A stretch of 64,000 bases of DNA from an uncultured Clostridia bacterium. Its GTDB lineage: Bacteria > Bacillota > Clostridia > Oscillospirales > Oscillospiraceae. Under the pieces are notes generated by a model. The model worked only from the letters and a program-made list of their open reading frames with translations. It was not told the DNA's origin and made no database searches. How positions within the stretch are numbered: position 1 is the first letter of the stretch; each line of letters opens with the position of its first letter. This document shows positions 20,080-30,832 of this stretch, one piece after another. The translations under genes were made by a program, and so were the position numbers. The stretch is from positions 1,965-65,964 of the forward strand of contig CALYTP010000001.1 in NCBI GenBank assembly GCA_945486915.1. Direction: 5' to 3'.

Positions 20080-20855
20080 GAGTTTCCTGCATTCAGCTGG
20101 ATGTGCTTCTTGGGCAGCCCGCCGAAAACTACCGCCGGGCAGAGGAGCTGATCCGCCGGGCAGCGGCAGAAAAGCCCGATGTGATCCTCCTGCCGGAGCT
20201 GTGGGATGTGGGCTTCTTCCCCAAGGAGAACCTGAAAGAGGTGGCGGACCGGGAGCACACCCGCGTCACCGCCTTCGCGTCCCGGATGGCAAAGGAGCTG
20301 GGCATCAACATCGTGGCAGGCAGCGTTGCCGACCTGCGCGGTGACGAAGTTTACAACACCGCCTGCGTCTTTGACCGTCAGGGCAATCCCGTGGCTGTGT
20401 ATGATAAAACCCACCTGTTTTCCCCCATGGGTGAGCACGACTACTTCGCCAAGGGCAACCATGTGTGCCGCTTCGAACTGGACGGCCATATGTGCGGCAT
20501 CATCATCTGCTATGATGTCCGGTTCCCGGAGCTGATCCGCACCATGACGGTGCCCGGCATCGAGATGATGTTCATGGTGTCCCAGTGGCCGGATGTACGG
20601 GTGCCGCATCTGGAGGTGCTCACCGCCGCCAGAGCCATCGAAAACCAGATTTATCTTGCCTGCTGCAACGCCTGCGGCAAGGCGGGGCCGACCCAATATG
20701 GCGGACACTCCCGGATCATCGATCCCTGGGGCAAGGTGCTGGTAAGCGCAGGCTCCGGTGAGCAGATCATCACTGCGGACTGTGATTTTGAAGTCACGAA
20801 GCAGATCCGCCAATCCATGCATATTTTTACCGACCGTCGGCCGGATATTTATTAA
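20076..20855 (+). CDS. Carbon-nitrogen hydrolase (Nit/omega-amidase type)
   Basis: Glu-Lys-Cys triad in LPELW, YDKTHLF, ICYDVRFPE; ARAIENQ; ATGA overlap with the upstream gene. Confidence 0.9.
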   Translation: MRVSCIQLDVLLGQPAENYRRAEELIRRAAAEKPDVILLPELWDVGFFPKENLKEVADREHTRVTAFASRMAKELGINIVAGSVADLRGDEVYNTACVFDRQGNPVAVYDKTHLFSPMGEHDYFAKGNHVCRFELDGHMCGIIICYDVRFPELIRTMTVPGIEMMFMVSQWPDVRVPHLEVLTAARAIENQIYLACCNACGKAGPTQYGGHSRIIDPWGKVLVSAGSGEQIITADCDFEVTKQIRQSMHIFTDRRPDIY

Positions 20856-20868
20856 GGAGAGATTCAAA

Positions 20869-21951
20869 ATGGAATACAAGTTTCCTGTAACCAGAACCAC
20901 CCACCCCAAGCTCCGTCCTGCTGACGAGACCAAGCTGGGCTTCGCCAAGTACTTCACCGACCACATGTTCGTCATGGACTATGACGAGGGTCAGGGCTGG
21001 CACGACGGCCGGGTGGTTCCCCATGAAGCATTCCTCATCGAGCCTGCCTGCGCCGTGCTGCACTACTCCCAGTGCATGTTCGAGGGCATGAAGGCATACC
21101 GGAATCCCGACGGCGGCATTCAGCTGTTCCGGCCCGACATGAACATCGCCCGTATGAAGCGCACCAACGAGCGTATGTGCATCCCCGAGCTGCCCGGTGA
21201 CATTTTCCTGGCCGCGGTCAAGGCCGTCATCCAGGAGGACATTGACTGGGTTCCCTCCGCTCCCGGCACCGCTCTGTACATCCGTCCCTTCATCTTCGGC
21301 GATGAGGTCTCCTTCTCCGTGCTGCCCGCCAAGCACTACAAGTTCATGATCATCCTGAGCCCCACCGGCTCCTACTACGCTGCCAACGACGGCGGCCTGA
21401 GCACCACCCGCATCTATGTGCAGGATGAGTACATCCGCGCTGCCCGGGGCGGCACCGGCTTTGCCAAGTGCGGCGGCAACTACGGCGGCGGTATGCGCGC
21501 CTCCCGGGATGCCATGAAGTATAACTGCAAGGACGTCCTGTGGCTGGATGCCGCCGAGAACAAGTACGTCGAGGAAATCGGCACCTCCAACGCCTTCTTC
21601 CGCATCAATGACGAGGTCATCACCGCTCCGCTGGATTCCGGCACGATCCTGCCCGGCATCACCCGTAACTCCGTCATTCAGCTGCTGAAGAAGTGGGGCA
21701 TCAAGGTCACTGAGCGGAAGCTGTCCATCGACGAGATCGTGGAAGCCTCCAAGCAGGGCACCCTGCAGGAGATCTTCGCCTCCGGCACCGCCGCTGTCAT
21801 CTCTCCCATCGGCTGGCTGTGCGTCAAGGGCACCGACGTGGAAGTCGGCGACACCAAGGTCGGCCCCGTGGCCCAGAGACTGTATGACACCCTGTATGGC
21901 ATGCAGACCGGCACCGTGGAAGACGACATGGGCTGGATCTATAAGCTGTAA
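20869..21951 (+). CDS. ilvE: Branched-chain amino acid aminotransferase
   Basis: FTDHM, FEGMKAY, YIRPF, AKCGGNY, ILPGITR, SGTAAVISP. Confidence 0.95.
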   Translation: MEYKFPVTRTTHPKLRPADETKLGFAKYFTDHMFVMDYDEGQGWHDGRVVPHEAFLIEPACAVLHYSQCMFEGMKAYRNPDGGIQLFRPDMNIARMKRTNERMCIPELPGDIFLAAVKAVIQEDIDWVPSAPGTALYIRPFIFGDEVSFSVLPAKHYKFMIILSPTGSYYAANDGGLSTTRIYVQDEYIRAARGGTGFAKCGGNYGGGMRASRDAMKYNCKDVLWLDAAENKYVEEIGTSNAFFRINDEVITAPLDSGTILPGITRNSVIQLLKKWGIKVTERKLSIDEIVEASKQGTLQEIFASGTAAVISPIGWLCVKGTDVEVGDTKVGPVAQRLYDTLYGMQTGTVEDDMGWIYKL

Positions 21952-21963
21952 GAATTGATAATG

Positions 21964-22000
21964 AAAACCCTCCGTATGCCCAGCCATACGGAGGGTTTTT
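21964..22000 (+). terminator. Intrinsic terminator closing the BCAA cluster
   Basis: AAAACCCTCCGTATG-loop-CATACGGAGGGTTTTT. Confidence 0.85.
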
Positions 22001-22040
22001 GCGTCTGATCCTGTTCGGAGAGTGTGGAGAGGAAACAAAA

Positions 22041-22201
22041 GGCAACACCGCATAATGGGGCAAGGAGATTCGGCAAGAGATTTTGCCCCAAGCGAAAGTA
22101 TGAAAAATGCGGGAATACTTTGTGTATTTCCCATTTTTCATACTGCACGATTGGGGTAAAAGATCTGCCGAAGCCCGCAGCATCCATTGTGCGGTGTTGC
22201 C
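22041..22201 (-). repeat. ~160-bp palindromic element, family A copy 2 (inverted)
   Basis: Reverse complement aligns end to end with 6806-6965. Confidence 0.9.
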
Positions 22202-22388
22202 AAAGCAGAATAACTGGAAAATGGCTTGGAATCTGCTCCTTTTTGCCATGCGGAATGGTAGACAACCGAGGGAAAAAGTGATAAAATATTTAGAATCGTA
22301 TAATAGGCGTTGTTTGGGAACACGTCGAAACAGTCCGAAATGTCCCGGTGTTCATCGGGATGAGCAACCCCGGAAAAGAGGAAATTGG

Positions 22389-23612
22389 ATGGAAAAGAAG
22401 CTTCAGATCGCCGTTGCCGGCACGGGATATGTCGGCTTATCCATTGCCGTGCTGCTTTCCCAGCATCACAGGGTATACGCGGTGGATATCATCCCGGAGA
22501 AAATCCGAATGATCCAAAACCGCATTTCTCCCATTCAGGACCGGGACATCGAAGCGTACCTGGCGGAAAAGGACCTGGACCTGACCGCCACGCTGGACGC
22601 CAGAGAGGCTTACAGCCATGCCGACTTCGTGGTGATCGCGGCTCCTACCAATTACGATTCCACCACCCAGCATTTTGACACCAGCGCGGTGGAGGATGTG
22701 ATCCGCCTGGTGATGGAATGCAACCCCAATGCCATCATGGTCATCAAGTCCACCATTCCGGTGGGCTTTACCGCGCAGATCCGGGAGAAAACCGGCTGCA
22801 GGAACATCCTGTTCAGCCCGGAATTTCTGCGGGAATCCAGGGCACTGTACGATAATCTCTATCCCAGCCGCATCATCGTGGGTACAGATCCGGGTGATGG
22901 GCGTTTGGTGGAGGCGGCGGAAACCTTTGCCCATCTTCTGCAGGAGGGAGCCGTCAAGGAAAACATCGATACCCTGATCATGGGCTTTACGGAAGCCGAG
23001 GCGGTGAAGCTCTTTGCCAATACCTACCTCGCCCTGCGGGTGTCCTACTTCAACGAGCTGGACACCTATGCCGAGATGAAGGGACTGGACACCCAGCAGA
23101 TCATCCGGGGCGTGTGCCTGGACCCCCGCATTGGCCAGCACTACAACAATCCCTCCTTTGGCTATGGCGGCTACTGCCTGCCCAAGGATACCAAGCAGCT
23201 TCTGGCGAACTTCCAGCATGTGCCCCAGAACATGATGACGGCCATTGTGGAGAGCAACCGAACCCGCAAGGACTTCATCGCCGACCGGGTGCTGAGCATG
23301 GCCGGCTTCTCTGGGGGGAAGGACAGCCGGTGCGTCATCGGCGTCTATCGCCTGACCATGAAGAGCAACAGCGACAACTTCCGCCAGAGCTCCGTCCAGG
23401 GCGTGATGAAGCGGGTGAAAGCCAGAGGCGCGGAGGTCGTGATCTATGAGCCCACACTGCAGGACGGCAGCACCTTCTTTGGCAGCGCCGTGGTCAATGA
23501 CCTGGAGAAGTTCAAGGCAATGAGCAGTGCCATCATCGCCAACCGGTATGATTCCAGCCTGGACGACGTGAAAGAGAAAGTGTACACAAGAGATATTTTC
23601 CGGCGGGACTGA
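22389..23612 (+). CDS. ugd: UDP-glucose 6-dehydrogenase
   Basis: [29 protein letters not shown]. Confidence 0.93.
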   Translation: MEKKLQIAVAGTGYVGLSIAVLLSQHHRVYAVDIIPEKIRMIQNRISPIQDRDIEAYLAEKDLDLTATLDAREAYSHADFVVIAAPTNYDSTTQHFDTSAVEDVIRLVMECNPNAIMVIKSTIPVGFTAQIREKTGCRNILFSPEFLRESRALYDNLYPSRIIVGTDPGDGRLVEAAETFAHLLQEGAVKENIDTLIMGFTEAEAVKLFANTYLALRVSYFNELDTYAEMKGLDTQQIIRGVCLDPRIGQHYNNPSFGYGGYCLPKDTKQLLANFQHVPQNMMTAIVESNRTRKDFIADRVLSMAGFSGGKDSRCVIGVYRLTMKSNSDNFRQSSVQGVMKRVKARGAEVVIYEPTLQDGSTFFGSAVVNDLEKFKAMSSAIIANRYDSSLDDVKEKVYTRDIFRRD

Positions 23613-23694
23613 AACAGGCAAAGACCAAGGGAAAAACACAGAAAAATCAAGCGGATTATCCAGGGTGTTGAGAAAGTCAGAATGGGAAAAGGCT

Positions 23695-24363
23695 ATGAGA
23701 AAACAATTGAGAAAAATCAAGCAAGCATTACATCGATATAAAGTACGAAAAGAGTGCTTGTTCGAAGAGAATGTCATAATTGATTCTTTTGATCGGTTTG
23801 AAGGGATGAATCGACTGACAAAAGACGTGACGTTTTTGACAAGCTCCATCGGATATGCAAGCTACATTGGCAATCGCTCTTTCATCAAGAACACACGGAT
23901 CGGAAGATATTGCTGCATTGCTGCCGATGTCATGACGGTTGCGGGAAATCATCCCACATCAAAGTTTGTCTCTGTTCACCCTGCGTTTTATTCGACCAGG
24001 AAGCAGGCTGGGTTTACCTATGTGAATGAAAACAAATTCTGCGATTTTCACTATATTGATCAGGGGTCGAAAATATCTGTAATGATCGGCAACGATGTGT
24101 GGATCGGCTCCGGTGTAAGAATTCTGGAGGGCGTCACCATTGGTGACGGCGCGGTGGTTGCAGCAGGCGCTGTTGTGACCAGGGATGTACCGCCATATGC
24201 AATCGTAGGCGGTGTCCCCGCTAAGGTCATCCGATATCGGTTTGAGGAAGATACGATCCGGAAGCTGCTGGAGCTGAAGTGGTGGGAAAAAGATCAGCAG
24301 TGGATCAAGGACCATGCGGATGATTTTGAGAATGTGGAAAAACTGCTTGCCGGGTGCCGGTAA
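23695..24363 (+). CDS. Hexapeptide-repeat (CatB/Vat-like) O-acetyltransferase, probably for polysaccharide
   Basis: [41 protein letters not shown]. Confidence 0.85.
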   Translation: MRKQLRKIKQALHRYKVRKECLFEENVIIDSFDRFEGMNRLTKDVTFLTSSIGYASYIGNRSFIKNTRIGRYCCIAADVMTVAGNHPTSKFVSVHPAFYSTRKQAGFTYVNENKFCDFHYIDQGSKISVMIGNDVWIGSGVRILEGVTIGDGAVVAAGAVVTRDVPPYAIVGGVPAKVIRYRFEEDTIRKLLELKWWEKDQQWIKDHADDFENVEKLLAGCR

Positions 24364-24381
24364 CAGAGAGGAAAAACGGTT

Positions 24382-25164
24382 ATGGCTGATAAAGAATACA
24401 GCTTCATACATGGGACGGATAAAACTGCCATTCCCACCTGCAGGATTCTGGGCGTGGACATTGCAGCCATTGATATGCAGTGGCTCCTGAAGTATCTGCA
24501 GGACAATCTGGAACGGCTGTCGGGGGATTATATCTGCGTGTCCAATGTGCATACCACGGTGTCCGCCTATGAGGACCCGGACTATCGGGACGTGCAGAAT
24601 GGCGGCATCATGGCCATCCCCGATGGCGGGCCGCTTTCTTCCGTGGGCAGAAGACGCGGCTTCCCGGATATGCAGCGGACCACCGGGCCGGGACTGATGG
24701 GGGAGATCTTCCGGATTTCCGCCGAAAAGGGCTACCGGCATTATTTTTACGGCTCCACCGACGAAACGCTGGAAAAGCTCCGGACTTCTTTGAATGCGGA
24801 ATATCCCGGAATTCGGATCGCAGGTATGTACAGCCCGCCCTTCCGTCCGCTGACGGAGGCGGAGGACCAGGAAATCGTGGATAGGATCAATGGTACCGAC
24901 CCGGATTTCGTCTGGGTCGGTCTGGGCGCGCCGAAGCAGGAAAAATGGATGGCAGCCCATCAGGGAAGGGTGACCGGCCTGATGATCGGCGTGGGCGCGG
25001 GCTTTGACTATTTTGCCGGAAATATCCAGCGAGCGCCGCAGTGGATGCAGAAAAACAACCTGGAATGGCTGTACCGGCTGATGCAGGACCCAAAGAGACT
25101 GTTCGGACGGTATCTCAATACCAATACCAAGTTTATCTGGCATGCGATCATCAGGGGAAAATAG
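24382..25164 (+). CDS. WecB/TagA/CpsF family glycosyltransferase
   Basis: PDGGP, YSPPF, WVGLGAPKQE, LEWLYRL. Confidence 0.92.
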   Translation: MADKEYSFIHGTDKTAIPTCRILGVDIAAIDMQWLLKYLQDNLERLSGDYICVSNVHTTVSAYEDPDYRDVQNGGIMAIPDGGPLSSVGRRRGFPDMQRTTGPGLMGEIFRISAEKGYRHYFYGSTDETLEKLRTSLNAEYPGIRIAGMYSPPFRPLTEAEDQEIVDRINGTDPDFVWVGLGAPKQEKWMAAHQGRVTGLMIGVGAGFDYFAGNIQRAPQWMQKNNLEWLYRLMQDPKRLFGRYLNTNTKFIWHAIIRGK

Positions 25165-25166
25165 AG

Positions 25167-26348
25167 ATGATGGAGGAGACACAATTGAAAAAACAGAACG
25201 TTTTGATTGTGCATAACTATTATCGGATTCCTGGTGGGGAAGATACTGTTGTTGCCAATGAAAAGAAGCTGCTGGAGGAACACGGCCACAGGGTGACGCT
25301 TTACAGCAGGAATAATTCCGAACTGGATCAAATGAGCTTTTTGCGGAAACTGCTGCTCCCTGTTACAACGGTATTCAATTTCAGAACCTATCGGGACATC
25401 CGAAGAATCCTCCGGGATCAGAAAATCGAAATCGTCCATGTTCATAACACGCTGAATCTCATCAGCCCGGCTGTCTACTACGCTGCAGTAAAGAGCGGTA
25501 TTCCCGTGGTTCAGACCATTCACAATTTTCGTTTGCTTTGCCCGGGGGCAATGTTTTTTAGGGATGGACAGATTTGCCAGGACTGCGTCAGCCATGGACT
25601 GTGGTGCGCTGTCAGACATGGCTGCTATCGGGGAAGCAGGATTCAGACGCTGGCCTGCGTGATTAGCACGGTAGTTCATCGCACCATGGGCATTTATGGA
25701 AAACTGAACTATATCTGCCTGACGGAGTTTAACCGGGAAAAGCTGCTGCAACTGAAGCAGATTCCTGGGGAAAGGGTGCGTATCAAGCCAAATTTTGTGG
25801 AAAGTGCCAACGATTTCGTCCCGGAAAAGGAACGGGAGAATCAGTTTGTGTATGTGGGCAGGCTGGATCAGAGCAAAGGCGTGGAGCTCCTTTTTACTGC
25901 ATGGAAGCAAATGGGAGAGCATGCACCCAGGCTGGTCGTCTGCGGCATCGGCCCAATGGAGGACTGGTGCAAAGACTTTGTAGCCGGGAACAAGGTCAAT
26001 ATTGATCTGCGGGGATTTGTGCCCAATGCAGAAGCGAGAAAACTGATGGCGATCAGCAGGGCGCTGATCCTGCCGACGCAGTGGTACGAGGGTTTCCCTA
26101 TGAGCATTGTGGAAGCTTTTTCTGTGGGAACACCGGTGTTGTGCTCCGACCTGGGAAACGCGGGGAGCATGGTGGTGGACGGCGTCACAGGACGCAGGTT
26201 TCAGCCGGACAGCCCGGAGAGCCTGCTACATGCCGTAAGCTGCTGCGACGGAATGGTGGAAAATACATGGAACGAATATCGGAAGAGGTATACAGCGGAA
26301 TCCAATTACCGGACGCTGATTGATATCTACACCCAGGCAACTGTATAA
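25167..26348 (+). CDS. Glycosyltransferase family 4
   Basis: HNYY...GGED, VGRLDQSKG, YEGFPMSIVEA; start could be 25167, 25170 or 25185. Confidence 0.9.
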   Translation: MMEETQLKKQNVLIVHNYYRIPGGEDTVVANEKKLLEEHGHRVTLYSRNNSELDQMSFLRKLLLPVTTVFNFRTYRDIRRILRDQKIEIVHVHNTLNLISPAVYYAAVKSGIPVVQTIHNFRLLCPGAMFFRDGQICQDCVSHGLWCAVRHGCYRGSRIQTLACVISTVVHRTMGIYGKLNYICLTEFNREKLLQLKQIPGERVRIKPNFVESANDFVPEKERENQFVYVGRLDQSKGVELLFTAWKQMGEHAPRLVVCGIGPMEDWCKDFVAGNKVNIDLRGFVPNAEARKLMAISRALILPTQWYEGFPMSIVEAFSVGTPVLCSDLGNAGSMVVDGVTGRRFQPDSPESLLHAVSCCDGMVENTWNEYRKRYTAESNYRTLIDIYTQATV

Positions 26349-26349
26349 A

Positions 26350-26510
26350 GGCAACACCGCTTAGGTGGGGACTGCGGGCTTCGGCGGATCTTTTGCCCCA
26401 AGCGCGCAATACGAAAAATGGGAAATACATCCAGTATTCCCGCATTTTTCGTACTTTCGCTTGTGCCAAAACACTGGCCGAATCTCCTTGCCCCATTATG
26501 CGGTGCTGCC
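26350..26510 (+). repeat. ~160-bp palindromic element, family A copy 3
   Basis: Aligns with 6806-6965; begins just after the stop codon at 26348. Confidence 0.9.
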
Positions 26511-26546
26511 TAAAGCAAAAGACAAATCAATCAATAAGGAAATATT

Positions 26547-27659
26547 ATGAGAATTGGGATTTTGGTATTGAGCATAGGCTCATTTGGAACCGCCGGATTT
26601 TATAACCTTCAGGAGACTGGATTGGCGAAAGCGCTGGATTCTCTAGGCAATGAAACTGTGGTTTACAAGCTGGTTCCTGCTTCGGAAGAAAGACGGAAAC
26701 AGCCCATTGAGGGAACGCGGCATTCCATGATTTATTTCCTGCCGTCGAAGCAGATCGGAACCAATGGCGTACCGAATTTGAAGCTGCTGGACCGGAACCT
26801 TGACCTGATGATCTGTTTTTCCGATACACAGTACGCGGTTCCGGCAGTTTTCAGATGGGCGCAGAAAAATGGAATCCCCATGCTCCCCTATATAGGCGTG
26901 CTGGAAAGCCACAGTACCAAGCCGTGGATCAAACGGCTGATCAACCTCCTGTTTCAGAGGAATTTGACGGTGTACAGAAAGTGCCGCTGCATGGTCAAGA
27001 CCCCAACTGTGGGGGAGCAGCTGGCACGTAAAGGTGTGGCGGACATTTCGGTGATTCCTGTAGGCCTGGATTTGTCGATGCTGAAAACGGATAGCCACCA
27101 GTGCAATATACAAATGCTGAAACAGAAGTATGGTTATTCCGGGGAGGATAAGGTGCTGCTGTTCGTCGGCAGATTCATCGAGGAGAAGCAGCCTGAAAGG
27201 ATGATTGAGATCTTTTTTGAGGTCCGAAAGCAGGCTCCTTCCTGCAAGCTCCTAATGGTGGGAACTGGGGAGCTGAAGACGACGGTGGATGCGAAAATTC
27301 ATGAGCTGGGCTTGAACGACGCGGTACAGAAGATAGAGCGCATCCCCAACAGTGACATTTGGGAGCTGTACAGAATGGCGGATGCCTTTGTCAACCTGAA
27401 CCAGCAGGAAATTTTTGGTATGGCGATTCTGGAAGCGATGTACTATGGCTGCAAGGTTGTGGCCTGGGAAGCTCCGGGACCGAGCTATATCATAGAGAAT
27501 GGTGTTTCCGGCTGGCTGGTTCGGAGCAATGCCGAAGCTGTAGAAAAGATTCTGGATGCCGCGGATCTGAGCGAAGCCTCTGAAAGGCGCATCCTGACAT
27601 CCTTCACCTGGCAAAGCTCAGCAGAAAAAATACTGTCCATTTCGGGAGAAAAGACATAA
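26547..27659 (+). CDS. Glycosyltransferase family 4
   Basis: FVGRFIEEK, EIFGMAILEAM. Confidence 0.88.
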   Translation: MRIGILVLSIGSFGTAGFYNLQETGLAKALDSLGNETVVYKLVPASEERRKQPIEGTRHSMIYFLPSKQIGTNGVPNLKLLDRNLDLMICFSDTQYAVPAVFRWAQKNGIPMLPYIGVLESHSTKPWIKRLINLLFQRNLTVYRKCRCMVKTPTVGEQLARKGVADISVIPVGLDLSMLKTDSHQCNIQMLKQKYGYSGEDKVLLFVGRFIEEKQPERMIEIFFEVRKQAPSCKLLMVGTGELKTTVDAKIHELGLNDAVQKIERIPNSDIWELYRMADAFVNLNQQEIFGMAILEAMYYGCKVVAWEAPGPSYIIENGVSGWLVRSNAEAVEKILDAADLSEASERRILTSFTWQSSAEKILSISGEKT

Positions 27660-28480
27660 TGAGGATACTGGCTGTTTTTACCTGCTTTAATCGAAAAGAA
27701 AAGACCGAAACCTGCATCAGAACCATCACCGCCGGGAATCCTTCCTGCAGCTTCACATTCGTAGCCGCGGATGACGGCAGTACGGACGGAACCCCGGAAA
27801 TGCTGGAAAAACTGCAAAGTGAGTTTGAGATTCATATTGTCAGAGGCGACGGCAGCTGGTTTTATTCCGGCGGGATGCATGCCGCAATGGTCTATGCCCT
27901 GGAAAAGCTGACGAAGGATTTTGACTATCTGGTGATGCTGAACGATGATGTTACCTTCTTTGCCCACAGCATCGAGCAGATGATCCGGCAAAGCAGGGAG
28001 CAGGAGAATGCCGTTGTGGTAGGTGCGATGTGCGATGACAGGGGCAGCCTGAGCTATGGCGCCATCCGGTATCTTTCCGGTTATAAGTACAAAAAAGTCG
28101 CCATTACCGATTGGGCTGTACCGGCGGATACCTGCAATGCGAACTGTGTTCTGATCCCGTATCAGGCATTTCTGAAGATTGGAGCAATGGATCCGCATTA
28201 CCGGCACTCCCTGGGGGATTTTGATTACGGCCTTTGCCTGAAACGGGCAGGGTACAAGCTCTTTTCTTCCAGAGAGTATGTGGGAAGCTGCAATACGAAC
28301 AGCAATCAAGGGTCCTGGGCGGATGCTTCGCTGAGCCTTTTTCAGCGGATTAAGAGAAAAGAGAGCGTCAAGGGTGCTCCGGCTGGACAGTGGTTTTACT
28401 TTTTACGAAAGAACTTTGGGCTGATGACCGCGCTCAAAGGAACTGTATCGCCGTATATCCGGATCATGCTGGGGAAATAA
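27659..28480 (+). CDS. Glycosyltransferase family 2
   Basis: FNRKEKT, DDGSTDGT, LNDD, GDFDYG. Confidence 0.88.
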   Translation: MRILAVFTCFNRKEKTETCIRTITAGNPSCSFTFVAADDGSTDGTPEMLEKLQSEFEIHIVRGDGSWFYSGGMHAAMVYALEKLTKDFDYLVMLNDDVTFFAHSIEQMIRQSREQENAVVVGAMCDDRGSLSYGAIRYLSGYKYKKVAITDWAVPADTCNANCVLIPYQAFLKIGAMDPHYRHSLGDFDYGLCLKRAGYKLFSSREYVGSCNTNSNQGSWADASLSLFQRIKRKESVKGAPAGQWFYFLRKNFGLMTALKGTVSPYIRIMLGK

Positions 28481-28492
28481 ACGGCTTTTGTA

Positions 28493-29815
28493 ATGAAGTT
28501 TGGAGGTGGGAATGTGTATTTCTTGGGGATGTATCTTTTTGTCATGGTCATGCTCCCAGTGGTGCTGATAAAAGCGAATTCTCATAAAGAGGAATGGATC
28601 CTTCTGCTGCTCATAATGAGCTTTGTAAAAACCTGCGCCACCTATCTGTTTCAGGCCACTGCCGTGTTTACGGTGGTGACCATCGGCAGCATACAGGTCC
28701 ATTTGGACGATATTGTTCTGATGATTCTGTTGGGGTATTGTCTGCTGGCTGTCTCGCATCCGTTCCTGGCAGGGCAATATCTGGCGGCCACCATGTATTT
28801 CGTGGTTCCGGTGCTGATCTCTCTGCTCAGGGGAGCATTGAATGGTACCATTGGGTCTTCCCAGTTCCTCAGCGATACCCGGGTGTTTATTCTGTTCCTT
28901 TCAGCTCTGTTTGCGATGTATTTTCTGATCCGAAAACCAAAATCCATTTCCAGACTGTGGGTGTTCGAGAAATACATCCGAAATCTGATGAATGGAATGG
29001 TTGTCTTCATTCTTTTTATCTGGGTTTTGGACGTCGGCTTTGGGATCAATTATCTGCCCGGACAGTACAATGGCACCCTCAGCGATGCAGGCTCCACTTT
29101 CCGAATGGTCAACCCTCCACAGGTGCTGATGATTGCCTTTTATACGCTCTGGGAAATGAGCCGGGATCTGGAGAAAAAGCGGGAGATATCTCTCAGAACA
29201 CTGGTCTTTACTGCGGTCATCATCCTGATGCAGTGGAGAACGGTTATTGTGGCATTTCTTGCGGGCTTTGTGCTGGTACTGGTGGGGAGCATGAAAAAGA
29301 GCCGTATCTCCAAAAAGCTGGCTGCTGAAATTGTTGGTCTGACGGTGTTGCTGGCAGGCGTGCTGGTGGTCAGCGGAGATTCGTCGAGAATCCTGAAAAT
29401 GGTGTATAAGGTGTTCTCGTCCTTTGCCAATATAATGAACGGTACCGGCACGTTTTCCACGAGAACGGCGGTTTGGACAGAAATCATCCAGTCGCTGGTA
29501 GGTGTCAATTTCCTGTTCGGCCGACCCTTTGGACAGAGCCTGGGCCTGTCGTGGACCGCTTCTGCCCACAACGGCTATATTGATTGCCTTGCCAAGATGG
29601 GAATTGTGGGAGTGATTGGACTGATTGTTCTGATGGTTTTTCTTGTTCGGAAGGCAATCAAACAAAAACAGAGCGTCATTGCCATTCTGGTGATCTCTCT
29701 GAGCGTCTATTGGCTTGGCTATGGCTTTTCCGTGGAACAGGGCGCGCTGATTGGATTTTTCCTGGGAATGCTTGAATTGTCGGAAAAAGGAAAATTGGAG
29801 GAGACAACAAATTGA
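28493..29815 (+). CDS. Polysaccharide polymerase/O-antigen ligase-like membrane protein (Wzy-like)
   Basis: Many hydrophobic segments; STRTAVW...FG...AHNGY...GIVG motif. Confidence 0.75.
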   Translation: MKFGGGNVYFLGMYLFVMVMLPVVLIKANSHKEEWILLLLIMSFVKTCATYLFQATAVFTVVTIGSIQVHLDDIVLMILLGYCLLAVSHPFLAGQYLAATMYFVVPVLISLLRGALNGTIGSSQFLSDTRVFILFLSALFAMYFLIRKPKSISRLWVFEKYIRNLMNGMVVFILFIWVLDVGFGINYLPGQYNGTLSDAGSTFRMVNPPQVLMIAFYTLWEMSRDLEKKREISLRTLVFTAVIILMQWRTVIVAFLAGFVLVLVGSMKKSRISKKLAAEIVGLTVLLAGVLVVSGDSSRILKMVYKVFSSFANIMNGTGTFSTRTAVWTEIIQSLVGVNFLFGRPFGQSLGLSWTASAHNGYIDCLAKMGIVGVIGLIVLMVFLVRKAIKQKQSVIAILVISLSVYWLGYGFSVEQGALIGFFLGMLELSEKGKLEETTN

Positions 29816-30771
29816 AATGCAGTCCTGTTTTTTTCTATCATTATTTGGCCGCGAAAATACGGGCACCAAAGATAACCCATGATAAAATCAGAGGCTATCT
29901 GCGTGACAGAACGGTCATTGGAAAAAATGCTGTTCAGTCGGCTGAAGCAATCCATGCAGATATTGCCCGGAGGATTCGGTCCGGAAAGCCTTTCTTTGCA
30001 GGAAGGTTTGGAGCGGTTGAACTTTTTGGAATACGGACCTTTGACTTCGAAATCAAATGGAAATACAATAAGGCGTTGCTGCAAATGCAAACAAATGCGG
30101 GCTTTTTTCCTCCGACGGAAGAATCCGGAAAAAGATTTAAGGATCTGATGCTTTCCTCCATTTCGCAGGCAGATGTCATGGGAATATGGATGTTACCATT
30201 TGAAGCATATTACCTGAAGAAATACGGAAAGCGGGATTTGGAAACGACCTATCTTTTGGATCTTGAGCCATGGAGCGCGCCAGAGAATCCCTGGTCGGCG
30301 GCCTTGAAGGGCAAGAAGGTCCTGGTGATTCATCCCTTTGCCCAGACGATTGAGAAACAGTATCAAAGAAGAGAAACGATTTTTCCCGGAACGGATATTC
30401 TTCCCCAATTTGAACTGAAAACCCTGAAGGCGGTTCAGACTGCGGCGGGAGAACAGGACGAACGGTTTGCAAATTGGTTCGATGCGCTGGAATGGATGTA
30501 TCAGGAGGCGCTGAAAATCGATTTTGATGTGGCAATCATTGGATGCGGCGCATATGGTTTTCCGCTGGCTGCAAAACTCAGGCAGGCTGGAAAACAGGTT
30601 GTTCATCTGGCGGGTGCGACCCAACTGCTGTTTGGAATTAAGGGAAAGCGTTGGGAGGAAAACGAAGCCTTTGCCTATGTTCAGAAATTTTTTAATGAGA
30701 ACTGGGTATTCCCATCCAGCGAAGAAAGACCCAGGGACGCAGGAAAAGTGGAGAATGGCTGTTATTGGTGA
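29812..30771 (+). CDS. Polysaccharide-locus protein, putative glycosyltransferase (GT-D-like)
   Basis: GRFGAVE, KVLVIHPF, IIGCGAYGFPL; position in the locus. Confidence 0.55.
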   Translation: MKCSPVFFYHYLAAKIRAPKITHDKIRGYLRDRTVIGKNAVQSAEAIHADIARRIRSGKPFFAGRFGAVELFGIRTFDFEIKWKYNKALLQMQTNAGFFPPTEESGKRFKDLMLSSISQADVMGIWMLPFEAYYLKKYGKRDLETTYLLDLEPWSAPENPWSAALKGKKVLVIHPFAQTIEKQYQRRETIFPGTDILPQFELKTLKAVQTAAGEQDERFANWFDALEWMYQEALKIDFDVAIIGCGAYGFPLAAKLRQAGKQVVHLAGATQLLFGIKGKRWEENEAFAYVQKFFNENWVFPSSEERPRDAGKVENGCYW

Positions 30772-30832
30772 AAGCATCGTTTTTTCTGCTTCCCGGCGGC
30801 GGGAAGCGGGTTCTGGAGGTTGAAGAAAACGA

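Noticed and set aside
23695-24363. Antibiotic-resistance acetyltransferase (cat/vat)
   Set aside because: The fold is shared, but the glycan-locus context favours sugar O-acetylation.
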